Assembly (NCBI GenBank): GCA_951406725.2
Contig: OX597833.1
Location: 56,234,001-56,298,000, forward strand
Origin: Octopus vulgaris
Taxonomy: Eukaryota
Reading direction: 5' to 3'
DNA: 64,000 nucleotides
The position numbers were made by a program, and so were the translations under genes. The notes under the pieces were generated by a model. It was not told the DNA's origin. It saw only the letters and a list, made by a program, of their open reading frames with translations, and searched no databases. Below are positions 1 to 12,199 of the stretch, piece by piece (position 1 is the stretch's first letter; every line of letters begins with the position of its first letter).

Positions 1-329
1 GGCTTCATATTTTGAATTTCTTTGTAAAGGCCAAGCATTTTTACTGCCATAAATCTACTCTCAGGGAACATAACCGATGCCAAGTCTGAAGCTTGGGAAC
101 CTATACTGAATCAATGGCTATAACAATTGAAAGGAGTTCAGAAATCTTTCGGTATTACATTCAATCATGTGGGACTCTATGTTCTGGGGAAGTGTGCATT
201 TCCAGTGTCAGATGGGGTAAAATATATGATTTTGTCTTCCTTAGTGAAACATATTTCAAACGAGGCAGGATTATTTGAAACTGACTTTGTGTTAATCCAT
301 ACATATCTTTGATTTATGTAATTATTCCT

Positions 330-710
330 TTCTATTATAAGCACAGGGCCTGAAATTTCGGGGGTGGGAGCCAGTCGATCAGATCAACCCCTAGTATGCA
401 ACTCGTGCTTAATTTATCGACCCCGAAAAGGATGAAAGGCAAAGTTGACCTCAGAACATAGCGGTAGATGAAATGCTTATTTCTTTACTATCCACAAGGG
501 GCTAAACACAGAGAGGACAAACAAGGACAGACAAATGGATTAAATCGATTATATCGATCCCAGTGCGTAACTGGTACTTATTTAATCGACCCCGAAAGGA
601 TGAAAGGCAAAGTCGACCTCGGCAGAATTTGAACTCAGAACGTAGCGGCAGATGAAATACTGCTAAGCATTTCACCTGCCATGCTAACAATTCTGTCAGC
701 TCATTGCTTT
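330..710 (-). mobile_element. SINE family B, tandem dimer (tRNA-like head, two 3' modules with different tails)
   Basis: Core 'gtcgactttgcctttcatcctttcggggtcgat...aagtaccag' (minus strand) occurs twice; B-box-like gagttcaaatt; same family at 11342, 19362, 22189, 38527, 59790. Confidence 0.85.
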
Positions 711-872
711 TTTTATTTGTGTAATTATCAATATACATACTAGGTTTTAATGCAGTTTTCTGACTTGCCAACTCCAATCAAACCATCCAATCCATGCCAG
801 TATGGAAGAAGAACATTAAATGAAGATGACGATGATGATGATGTATATAAGTTTACATATATTTCATCATAT

Positions 873-1038
873 AGGTGCAGGAGTGGCTGTGTGGTAAGTA
901 GCTTGCTTACCAACCACATGGTTCTGGGTTCAGTCCCACTGTGCAGCACGTTGGGCAAGTGTCTTCTACTATAGTCCCGGGCTGACCAAAGCCTTGTGAG
1001 TGGATTTGGTAGACGGAAACTGAAAGAAGCCCATCATA

Positions 1039-1112
<74 letters not shown>

Positions 1113-1314
1113 TGTGTTCGTCCCTGCAACATTGCTTGACAACCGATGCTGGTGTGTTTGCGTCCCCATAACTTAGCGGTTCAGCAAAAGAGACCGATAG
1201 TATAAGTACTAGGCTTACAAAGAATGAGTCCTGGGGGTCGATTTGCCCGACTAAAGGTGGTGCTCCAGCATGACCACAGTCAAATGACTGAAACAAGTAA
1301 AAGAGTAAAAGAGT
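873..1314 (+). mobile_element. tRNA-derived SINE family A (~430 bp; probably the octopus OK family)
   Basis: A-box tggctgtgtggt, B-box ggttcagtcc, internal (TA)n(TG)n, 3' (gtaaaaga)n tail; about 20 copies in the window; family name is recalled from literature, not verified. Confidence 0.9.
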
Positions 1315-1619
1315 ATACCTTGATGGTGACTGGCTTGAGATTACTACTGGCACCTCACTGACATCAAATGTGTTGAACACAGTGTGTAAATTAATGGCAC
1401 CAGTTCTCCAGAACTACTGGATTTGTTGTGTACACAAACAGGCTGGTGGCTCATTCCTCTGCGATTGATCAAATGATGTAGACATCTCTGATTACAACTC
1501 AATAAGGTTTGAAAATTGATTAAAGCTGTTCTTCATTTTTTTCAATCTACTGAGAAATAGTTCAATTTACAATATTTCTATGTCCACTACATAGGTTTAT
1601 ATATATAAATATTAATATG

Positions 1620-1697
<78 letters not shown>

Positions 1698-1875
1698 AAA
1701 ATGTAAATGGTAAATGAAAGATAGATGTTATGTGTCGAAACAATTGTAGTGATTAATAAAAATTCTCGGATCTTTCATTGTATCGTCTTTCCTTTACCAT
1801 ATACATAACGAACATTGTGAAAGTGCCCTTGCATTACCAATAACCTACCAGGTATAAACCATTCATTTCATTATC

Positions 1876-1906
<31 letters not shown>

Positions 1907-1920
1907 TATATAAATATAAA

Positions 1921-1972
<52 letters not shown>

Positions 1973-1996
1973 TAGATAGATAGATAGATAGATATG

Positions 1997-2045
<49 letters not shown>

Positions 2046-2066
2046 CATATATATACATTCGCTTTC

Positions 2067-2212
2067 TTTTTTTTTTTGCCAAATAAACACGCACACTAAA
2101 TATTTATTCTTCACTTGGTTTACTACCGTTCTTATTTTATCTTAAAATAAGACTAGTATTAAACAAGTGAAGAACAAATATATAGTGTGTGTGTTTATTT
2201 GGCAAAAAAAAA
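2067..2212. repeat. Foldback palindrome between (TA)n tracts
   Basis: ttttgccaaataaacacgcacacta...tagtgtgtgtgtttatttggcaaaa; ~70-bp imperfect arms with a very small loop. Confidence 0.85.
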
Positions 2213-2230
2213 CCGTCCTAAAATATAATT

Positions 2231-2277
<47 letters not shown>

Positions 2278-2872
2278 CACACACATACATAGGCATGACT
2301 GTGTGACTAAGAAGTTCAGTACACGACCACATGGTCAAGTGTTTGATCTCACTGCACTGCTATCCTGGGCAAGTGTCTTAATACAATAATCTTGGGCTGT
2401 CAAATACCTTGTGAGTTGAATTTAGAGGAAAGCTGTACAGATGTTCATTACGAATATATGTGTGTGTATGCACACATATGTATGCATACATGTGTATGTG
2501 TGCACACACAAGTGTCTGCCTTGTATATACACCTATGCATACATATCCATTCATTTTACACCTATTTTCCATGCCAGCGTGGTTAGTCTGACATTTTTTA
2601 CGAAGCACTATTTTATGCTCTTCCTGTTGCCAACTCTTACCTGTCTTTTGCACGCAGGAATATTTTCCTTATCGTTCCACTGTACTTTGAAAATGCAGAG
2701 CTACAAAACATGTTGTTCACAGGGAGTGGAAGCATGACATCGCCATTTTCTACTCGGATCGTCTTATACGAATAAGGAGAAATGGCAATATTCACATACA
2801 GACACATGCATTGATACACACATATACATGCTTATGTATGTGTGTGTGTGTGTATATATACTTATGTATGTA

Positions 2873-3180
2873 TATCACGTGATCACGTGACCGACCAGAC
2901 CATCAGATGTTGTTACACATCACTGGTCACAATGCGTTCACATTGTTTTAGCCTTCGAATGACGCCACCCCGCTGGCTAAGCGAGCAGGCCAACAGAAGG
3001 AAGAGTGGGAGAAAGAGTAATGAAAGAGTACAGCAGGGATCATCACCCCCTGCTGGAGATTCGTGGAGCTTTTAGGTGTTTTTGGTCAATAAACACTCAC
3101 AACGCCCGGTCTGGGAATCGAAACCGTGATCCTACGACCACGAGTCCGCTGCCCTAACCACTGGGCCATTGCGCCTCCAC
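2873..3180 (-). mobile_element. tRNA(Arg)-like SINE family C, alternative-tail variant
   Basis: Head ggaggcgcaatggcccagtggttagggcagcggactcg...ggtttcgattccc matches the 22509 copy; 3' part differs, and that tail recurs at 30818-30930. Confidence 0.85.
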
Positions 3181-3188
3181 ATGTATGC

Positions 3189-3220
<32 letters not shown>

Positions 3221-3716
3221 GAGTGAGAAAGGGTGTGTGAAAGCACGTGGTTGGATGTATAAAAGATAGAAAAGAGTGAAAAACTACAGAAGGCTTGTGT
3301 TATAAGGTTAAAGAATATATTTAAGTCGTTATGTTAGAAAAATGTTATAAATTTTATGTATAGTAACATAGTTTTGGGAGAAATAACCGGTTTCGTGTAT
3401 ACTTTTCAAATTTCTCAAATTTCTTTACCTACATCGTGTCATGTCATATATATATGTATGACTGGTTTCCATACACCTTCCGTCAACCAATTCCACTCAC
3501 GAGGCATCGGTTGGTTTGAAGATATAGTAGAAAATATCTGCTCAAGATACCACACATTTAGACTGAATCAGACTTGTGAAGCAGACTTCATAACCATACC
3601 TTAGACAAGTTTCTTTTACTATGGCCCTGAGTCTTGGGTGAGGATTTGGCAGACAGAAACTGCGAGAGACCTATTGTGTATATGCACATGTGCACACACA
3701 CACACATATATATATA

Positions 3717-3916
3717 TAGTTGTAATAATGAGTCAAATCAAATAGTGATCTTTGGAAATCATTTAATATGTACATCACAGGTTTGCGTAATATATATAAT
3801 AGGAAGTGTAGCCTTTACATAAACCTTTCTCAGGTAAAGCATTTCAAAAATACTTTTGAAATATATTAAATGATTTTAAAATATCACCGTTTGGCTTGAG
3901 TTCCTTATTACTGCTA
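3717..3916. repeat. Degenerate inverted repeat next to a (TA)n tract
   Basis: tagttgtaataatgagtcaaatcaaatagtgatc...aatcatttaatat versus atattaaatgatt...atcaccgtttggcttgagttccttattactgcta. Confidence 0.65.
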
Positions 3917-5014
3917 ATACAACTTGATGCCAGTACAAACTAGCCGGTCTTGATTCAACTTATGTGGATACACCAACAACGATTTGGAGTCGTATGCTAT
4001 ATTTGACTCTAGTCGAAAATTCTGGTGCCATGCATCACTTCTTAGGCTATCATCGTAGCTCCGTTAGGGGCTTGCGAAATTTGAAGTAGCACGGAATCCG
4101 AATCAAACCGTTTTGAATAATATATATATATATATATATATACATACATGCATACATACATGCATACATACATACATACATATATATATATATGTAAAGA
4201 GAAAGGGGTGGGCAGGACACGGGTGTGACTGTGTCATTACAAAATGTCCTTCTCAACCACATGATTCCTGATTCGTTCCATCACATGGTATCTTGGGCAA
4301 ATGTCTTTTACTGTAGCCATGGGCTGACCAAAACCTTGTGAGTTGACTTAATAGATAGAGATTGAAACCACACAGCCATGCATGTGTGCGTATGGGTGCT
4401 TTTGTGTGTGTGTGTGTGTGTTGATATTTTACCTTATAAATCAGCTTGGTATTAAGCTTCAAAAAGATATATGACTAACAATATTTAATCTTAGCCAAAT
4501 CGGCAGCCTTTGATTAAAATCGGGCAAATAAAATTTCCTCACCTTATAAATTCACCCAAGTGTATATAAGCGTTTTAAAAGTGACTAACAGAGTTGCATA
4601 CTTTGTATTCATCTCTTCCTTTCCGTTTTTCACCTCCTTTTCTTCTTTTTATATTAATCAGGATTAAGTAACTGGAGGGACTTACGTTATCAATCGCTGA
4701 ATCTGCGGAGATTTCATTACATTCTCACAGATATATTATTTTTTCAGGCCCTTAGGCAATACACATTGCAATACTTATCTCATTTATCCTAACTAAAGGA
4801 CAAAAAATGCATCACTTTTACTTAACAGCTGAGTAATAAGTGTAAAAATACCATGTTCCAGCAATGCATCCAGACATGAATTTACAGAACTATCCAACCC
4901 ATGTTAATATATATATATATATAAATTTATAAATAAGGATTATATCGATATTTAAATATCGATATTATCAAGTGGCCAGCATGGGAATAAATACCATACA
5001 AAGGTAATTTTTTA

Positions 5015-5103
5015 CAACTATAAATAAGGGTATCTGAGAGACACCACCATGCCGAAATAGCAGCCAAAACCCTGCTATTTCTCTCAGATACCCTTATTTA
5101 TAG

Positions 5104-5105
<2 letters not shown>
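5015..5105. repeat. 26-bp perfect inverted repeat abutting (TA)n
   Basis: aactataaataagggtatctgagaga ... tctctcagatacccttatttatagtt. Confidence 0.85.
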
Positions 5106-5141
<36 letters not shown>

Positions 5142-5981
5142 ATTAAATAAGTGGTAAAATGTTTAATTTTTTTTTTTAATCAGATTTATACTTTGTCTCA
5201 AGGTTTTGAAAATAACATTTAAGAAAATAAATTTTGTAACTGCCCTAATTAACATGCTGGCAATCAGTTGTCAGAAGGCATTTTTATATAAAGGGATACG
5301 ATGATCAAATAAAATAAAAAGGGGGGGAGGGGACCAACAAGTATGTTAGAAATATAATAAATATGACATGTGAGTTAAATCTAGATAAATAAAACGCAAA
5401 AGCAGGCACTAGATGGACGACAAAATTTGAGACTGAACTCGGCCGTTTTCGGTTTAAAAGACAGCTGTTCAACCTACCCAGACTGATTTGACATTATCCG
5501 TGGTGATAGTATTGTCAATTCCTTGAAACGTCTTTCGGTACACGCATACCCATACATAACAAAAACCTTCACCATTCACAATAATCATAGGTATCTCGAA
5601 CATGAGTGTATGTGCGAGTATATATATATATTATATTAAATTAGAGATAAAACCACTATTAGGCAAATCAAACAGTGAAAAACATAAGCCAATACATAAA
5701 ATTGATTTAATTTATATTATTTTAAATATATCAAAAGTATTAAAAGTTTAATAAAAGATAAAGAGTAAAACACTACGATCGTTTCATGGCTGTACCTATT
5801 CGAATAACAATAATTTAAATTCAATTAATAATTCGAGTTATGGTTGTATATATATAGTGGTAAAAACGGTAAGATAACAAAAGAAAGAAAGAGACCTCAA
5901 TATTATGTAAATAGAGGAAATTTATCTGTAAAATGATATGTCACAATTATTCAATAGCCAAGATAAAACTCTGAGATGGCC

Positions 5982-6044
5982 AGATAACCGAAGAGATGGT
6001 GTTGTGGATTTCCACCTCGGCATCCGAAACTCAGAGTTTTATCT
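5982..6044 (+). ncRNA. Putative minimal type-I hammerhead ribozyme inside a foldback element (5923-6082)
   Basis: agataa CCGAAGA gatg...catcc GAAA ctcagag TT ttatct; 6-bp stem I (agataa/ttatct). Confidence 0.65.
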
Positions 6045-6079
6045 TGGCTATTGAATAATTGTCACATATTATTTTACAG

Positions 6080-6151
<72 letters not shown>

Positions 6152-6153
6152 TC

Positions 6154-6194
<41 letters not shown>

Positions 6195-6444
6195 AGATCC
6201 CACCCGTCATTTACACACCTGACACCACCTGTGTAGCACCTCACAACACCCCCTCCCAGAGCAAGAATCGAAACGGCGAGCTCATAACAGTGTCTCTGAT
6301 ATTTTACATATGAACTCAAGTCCCGTGTCTATAAATATCACATATGGAAAGGAAGGAAGTAGGTTTGATACGTGCGTGTCGGTATAGATATGGTTGTGTG
6401 CAAGTGATTTGCGCGCGCGTGTGCGTGTGAGTGTACGCGTCCTG

Positions 6445-6524
<80 letters not shown>

Positions 6525-6814
6525 GAAATGAAATAGTCTAGAGCTGCAGCCAATAGTGAATTAATAGGAAACTCCACTAGTGAATAGCTCAACTTGTCAG
6601 TAATAAACATCTATACGACTGCATCATCACCACCATCATATGACTATTTCGATCAAAGATTTCTTTTCCTTTTTTTTTCACCCTTTTATTATTATTTACT
6701 AGATGATGTGACAACAACTACAGGCTATCCGGAGGAATGAAGGAAGATTAAGGGATTAAGCGGGGCATAACAAATAATACTAAATAAACAGATTACACAC
6801 AAACATACTTATAC

Positions 6815-6862
<48 letters not shown>

Positions 6863-7683
6863 AACCTTTACATAATAAAAAACGTGAAATACACGAAGGG
6901 ACGAACAAAAAGACAAACGGGTCATTCAAAGCCTTCATTCTTCAGTCAGAAACTGATCCCTCATCGCAGATTTCGGCTATATATAGTCAGTCAGTCAAAG
7001 CTATCTCTCTTAAATTACATATAAACCTGCACACACGAAAACACATCATTAAAGAAATGGGGGGGGGGGGGGAATTAGGAGAAAACCAAAGGGAATAGAG
7101 TGTGAAAAATTCCCTTTGTGTGATGACGTTAAAATGAAAGTGGTACAACGTCTGGGAAAAACATGCTTTTTGCTTGGTCTGATTGCAGCAAGGATGGTAG
7201 CGTTATTTCTGATATGTAAATACACACACACACACACATACACATACACACATACACATACACACACACACATACACATACACACGTACATATGTACGTA
7301 TGTACGTACGTACGTATGTATGTATGTACGTACGTACGTACTTACTTTCACTTTCGAACCAAGTGATACCTCAGAAAAATAGAACCAGCTATTTCGTCGA
7401 TGACAGCGGAAAGGAGGAGGAAAAAAAAGGGGGAAAACGGAATATATATATATATATATATACATGTATGTGTTCGTGTGAGTTATTTCTTTTTCCAACT
7501 AACAGAATAAAAGGCTTACTACAAGCACATTCAGTCTCCCGAGTAGGAATTTCCTTCCGTAGTGAATACGTTATGAGGACGTTTCCAACAATACACCGAT
7601 CGTCTCCCCGTTATTAAAAAACTATTGATTTACTTAGATTCCAAACGGCTAACTAACGACATTACACACATATATATACATAC

Positions 7684-7726
<43 letters not shown>

Positions 7727-7948
7727 CTACATAATACAACCTTACATCAACATCAAAGGCAATACAGTAATATACAGAGCATCATCATCACACTACACTA
7801 CACAGCATCGCTTCGTCAATTCATTGACGACGGTTGCATACCTACATAAATGAAGTAATATATATTTTTTTCAGAAATGTTAACCCCCCAACCAACCGCA
7901 AATTACTAGATGATTTTCTAAACATGTCCTGTCTTTATCATTCATCAG

Positions 7949-7953
<5 letters not shown>

Positions 7954-8039
<86 letters not shown>

Positions 8040-8143
8040 TATAAATCAATCTGTTCAGAATTCAGACGATGGTGATATTTTATAAAAACACAGGAGTAGC
8101 ATTTCCATACATCTACGTCTATAAATATAAATATATAAATGTG

Positions 8144-8180
<37 letters not shown>

Positions 8181-8199
8181 ATATATGTATGTATGTATG

Positions 8200-8233
<34 letters not shown>

Positions 8234-8400
8234 TATATGTATGTATGTACGTATGTACGTATGTATGTATGTATGTATGTATGTATGTATGTATGTATGT
8301 ATGTATGTATGTATGTATGTATGTATGTATGTATGTATGTATGTATGTATGTATGTATGTATGTATGTACGTATGTATGTATATAGTGTGTGTGTGTATG
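7954..8400. repeat. (TA)n and (TATG)n microsatellite block
   Basis: Direct reading; source of the YIYI and MYVC pseudo-ORFs. Confidence 0.95.
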
Positions 8401-8640
8401 TGTAGAACACATCTATACTTACGCCGACACACAAGATATTCGGTGTGAACAAGCTTTCGGTCAGTGGTGTACAGTGCCTATTAACTCCACACAAGTACAT
8501 TGTGCCAGGCAACTAAAACGGATTCACGTACAATAAGCAACATTATGTAGATGTGCCTTCCAACTGCATTTTAAGGTAGCAGTTCCTGCGAATAGAGGAG
8601 TTGTATTGATGCGTGCATCGATGGATGCTTGGATGAATGC

Positions 8641-8700
<60 letters not shown>

Positions 8701-8760
8701 AAGAGGTAGTGAGAGTGAGATGGTGATGGAGATATATAGAAGGAGAAGGCAAAGAGGAGT

Positions 8761-8799
<39 letters not shown>

Positions 8800-9084
8800 C
8801 TGAATGGGTGATATCGATGGTGTTGGGGTGGTTTGTTAGCTAACGACAGTCAACAACGGTACAGCAGAGCCAAACACATGCCAATCTCCATGGCATTACA
8901 AGAGACAGCAGCATCTGAAGCAAGTCGATCTGATCTATCTGTTGAAGAGGAAGGAAAGTGGAGAGATGAAGGGGGACAAGGTAGGGAGGGGGTGACGGGG
9001 GGGAAAAATTTTTTAAAAAAGATGATGAAAAAAAGGGTGTCGTACAAATCAACGTTTTACTTTCTCCTCACCTAAGTCCTACTG

Positions 9085-9385
9085 TTGTGGCTGCAGTATA
9101 GTTTAGCAGTTCGTTGTATTCGATCTTCTCCACCCGCTGACACTCTCCCCCTTTTTATTGCAATATTTCTCCGGAAGACACACACACACACAAACACAAA
9201 CACACATACACACACACGAGCAGTGAGATTTCTCTCTTCGGTACCGCTTTGTAGCGATGGTAGTAGGTCCGTTAACTGAAATAGCCATTCAAGGAAAAAA
9301 TTCAATGCGAACCTACAAGCCAACCAATCAATTCCTGAAAACGCAATTATCTCTTTCCCTCATATCCTGTACAGCGTAAGTAAGT
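9085..9385 (+). promoter_or_regulatory. Candidate non-coding first exon ending in a GTAAGT donor (9376 or 9380)
   Basis: Unique, CpG-enriched sequence downstream of (GA)n tracts, ending cagc|gtaagtaagt. Confidence 0.3.
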
Positions 9386-10171
9386 GACGCTGAAAGGTTT
9401 CCAAACCATCATGGTCTTCAATTAACAGCTGATGTATGGAATATCCGGTATCATGAGTTGTATACATATACGTTCTTCATTTGTAATTCCTGTTATTGCT
9501 AGTTTCTTTTTTTTATTTTTTAACAATCACTAATTTTACCGTAATTGTCTTCCGAAATTCAGATCGAACTGAGGATGACTTCAACATTTATTTCAGAGCG
9601 CCAGACAAGAGTCGAGGCTGTTATATTTCCCTCAAGAAGTGTAGCTCGTACCTGTACTAGCATAACTGCAACACAATTTACATGCGAGCAGGTGTGACTA
9701 CGTGTGAAGGAACTGATTACTCACGTGGTAACATTATTGTCAATTCAAGATATTCTCAACCAGACTTCTGTCAGCATTTTATAGGGACACACACACAAAC
9801 AAGCAGAAGAAAATGCATAAACCATGTCAATTAAAAGAATCTACTACATAATCTCGAGAGGTTCATACGACAATATAAATCTTTCACTTACAACGTAGTG
9901 TGAAATAAAACCGTACACAAAGAAAAAGTTATCAACATACATACTATTATTTAATGCTGCAAGTATTTACGCTCTCTAGATTCCAAATGTATGTCTACGG
10001 ATATGCACACGAATTTGGGCAATACAATCTTAGTTCGTCTAAGTGGAGAGATATTTAATCCTGAGAATGCACAACAATTTTAGCAGGCAATCGGTACTAT
10101 ATTTTGTCTGTAATTTATACAAATAAGATGAATGTGTACACACACACATACACACATACATGCACTCACGG

Positions 10172-10249
10172 ATATATCTGAAAGAAGGTTTGAAAATGCA
10201 GTTTCAAAGATCTTTAAAATTGCATTTTCAAACCTTCTTTCATATATAT
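10172..10249. repeat. Near-perfect palindrome whose arm matches the tail of the hammerhead-like element at 14465
   Basis: gaaagaaggtttgaaaatgca...tgcattttcaaaccttctttc; the arm recurs at ~14527-14548. Confidence 0.8.
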
Positions 10250-10281
10250 TTCCACTCATGCGGTATCCTACAACTTTACTT

Positions 10282-10337
<56 letters not shown>

Positions 10338-10500
10338 TTTTATTGAAATGAAAACCCCACTAGAATGAGAGAAAGCGCTATATATGATGTATAAAAAATG
10401 TAATATACAAATAAATATCTGTAAATATAAACCATCCGATTTTCTGAGTACCTCATTTCTTCTAATATAAAATACCTACACATCATCTCCAAACCTTCCA

Positions 10501-10593
<93 letters not shown>

Positions 10594-10679
10594 CCATGTA
10601 TATATGGGGATGGGGGTATATAATGTTCTGTTATAAGAGGGTCAAAAGTGCAAGATGTTCTGGATTGAAAAAAACTATT

Positions 10680-11830
10680 AATCAGTGTCCGTACAGTTAT
10701 GTTACATGGCAGTGAAACATGGGCTTTGATTACAGAGGACTTGTGAAAGCTTCAAAGAAATGAAGCTAGCATGCTCTGCTGGATGGGTAATGTCAGTGTG
10801 CATGCATGACAGAGTGTAGATGATTTATGAGGTAAGACTAGGTATAAGAGGCATCAGATGTTGTGTGCAAGGGAGAAGAGTGTGCTGGTTGGGTCATGTG
10901 ATGAGGACAGCTGCATAAAGAAATGCTGAGCTCTACTTGTGGAGGGAAGACCCATGAAGACATGGGATGAAGTGGTGAGAAAGGATTTTCAGACGCTGAG
11001 CCTCACTGAGGAAATGACAAAGGACCAGGAGATGTGATTTGCTGTACTTGATAAGACACATCAAGCTAAGTATAATCGCTGTTTCCCACATATACACACC
11101 TGTCTTTCGGGTGCTGATGCTATATAAAAAGCACCTGTGTGTGCCAGGTGCTGTGTAAATGCACCCATGTCAGTGCTACATAAATGCACCTGTGCTGGTG
11201 CTGCATAAACACATCCATTCCAGTGGCATGTGAAAAGTACCCAGCACATTCTTATGTGGTTGACATTAGAAAGGGCATCCAGCCATGCCACAACAGACAA
11301 TTGGAGTATGGACAGCTCCCAGCTGGCCAGCCCTATGTCAAGCCTGTTTCTTTACTACCCACAAGGGGCTAAACATAGAGGGGAGAAACTAGGACAGACA
11401 AACGGATTAAGTCGATTACATCGACCCCAGTGCATAACTGGTACTTAATTTATCGACCATGAAAAGCAAAGTCGTCCTCGGCGGAATTTGAACTCAGAAC
11501 CTAGCGGCAGACGAATCACCTATTTCTTTACTACCCACAAGGGGCTAAACACAGAGAGGACGAACAAGGACAGACAAATGGATTAAGTCGATTATATTGA
11601 CCCCAGTGCGTAACTGGTACTTAATTTATCGACCCCGAAAGGGTGAAAGGCAAAGTCGTCCTTGGCTGAATTTGAACTCAGAACATAACGGCTGACGAAA
11701 TACGGCTATGCATTTCACCTGGCATGCTAACGGTTCTGCTAGCTCGCCACCCTATGTCAAACCGTCCAACCCATGTCAGCATGGAAATCAGATGTTAAAC
11801 AATGATGATAGTGATGGTGATGAGTGTGCA
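10680..11830 (+). mobile_element. 5'-truncated RTE-clade LINE: decayed ORF C-terminus, 3' UTR and (GAT)n tail, interrupted by a SINE B
   Basis: VMLHGSETWA..LQRNEASMLCWM..WLGHVM..GRPMKTWDEVVRKD with stops; UTR aagggcatccagc; tail tccaacccatgtcagcatggaaa..gttaaacaatgatgat. Confidence 0.85.
11342..11749 (-). mobile_element. SINE family B with duplicated 3' module and 11-bp TSD
   Basis: TSD ccctatgtcaa at 11331-11341 and 11750-11760; two ~178-bp modules. Confidence 0.9.
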
Positions 11831-12199
11831 TCAAAATGGCTGAGGCACTTGCCTTCACTGACACTGAGAAGAAAGAAGCACAGAAGCACAGAAAAGTTCC
11901 TGTGAGAAGTTGCTGAATGAAGAGAATGCAAGGAAGACGGCACCACTGCAAATACAACTGCAAAAGGGACCAGCTATTGGAGTTGACAACTGTACAAGTT
12001 AAAAGTACATGAATGCTGGGAAGAGATACTGGAAATATCCACTGAAGTAAGGCATGCACTGCTGGGTGGTTGGTGTCAGGAAAGGCATCCAGCTGTAAAA
12101 ATCCTGCCAAAACAGTCACAGAAGTCTGGTGCAGGCTTCAGCCTGGCCAGTTCATGTGGTACTGTCCCACCCATACTACCATGGAACACAGACATTAAA

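Noticed and set aside
7880-8512. Long ORFs rich in YI, HT and MYVC (also near 28.5k, 41k, 43.5k, 46k and 48k)
   Set aside because: Translations of (TA)n, (TG)n, (TATG)n and (GATA)n repeats that lack stop codons
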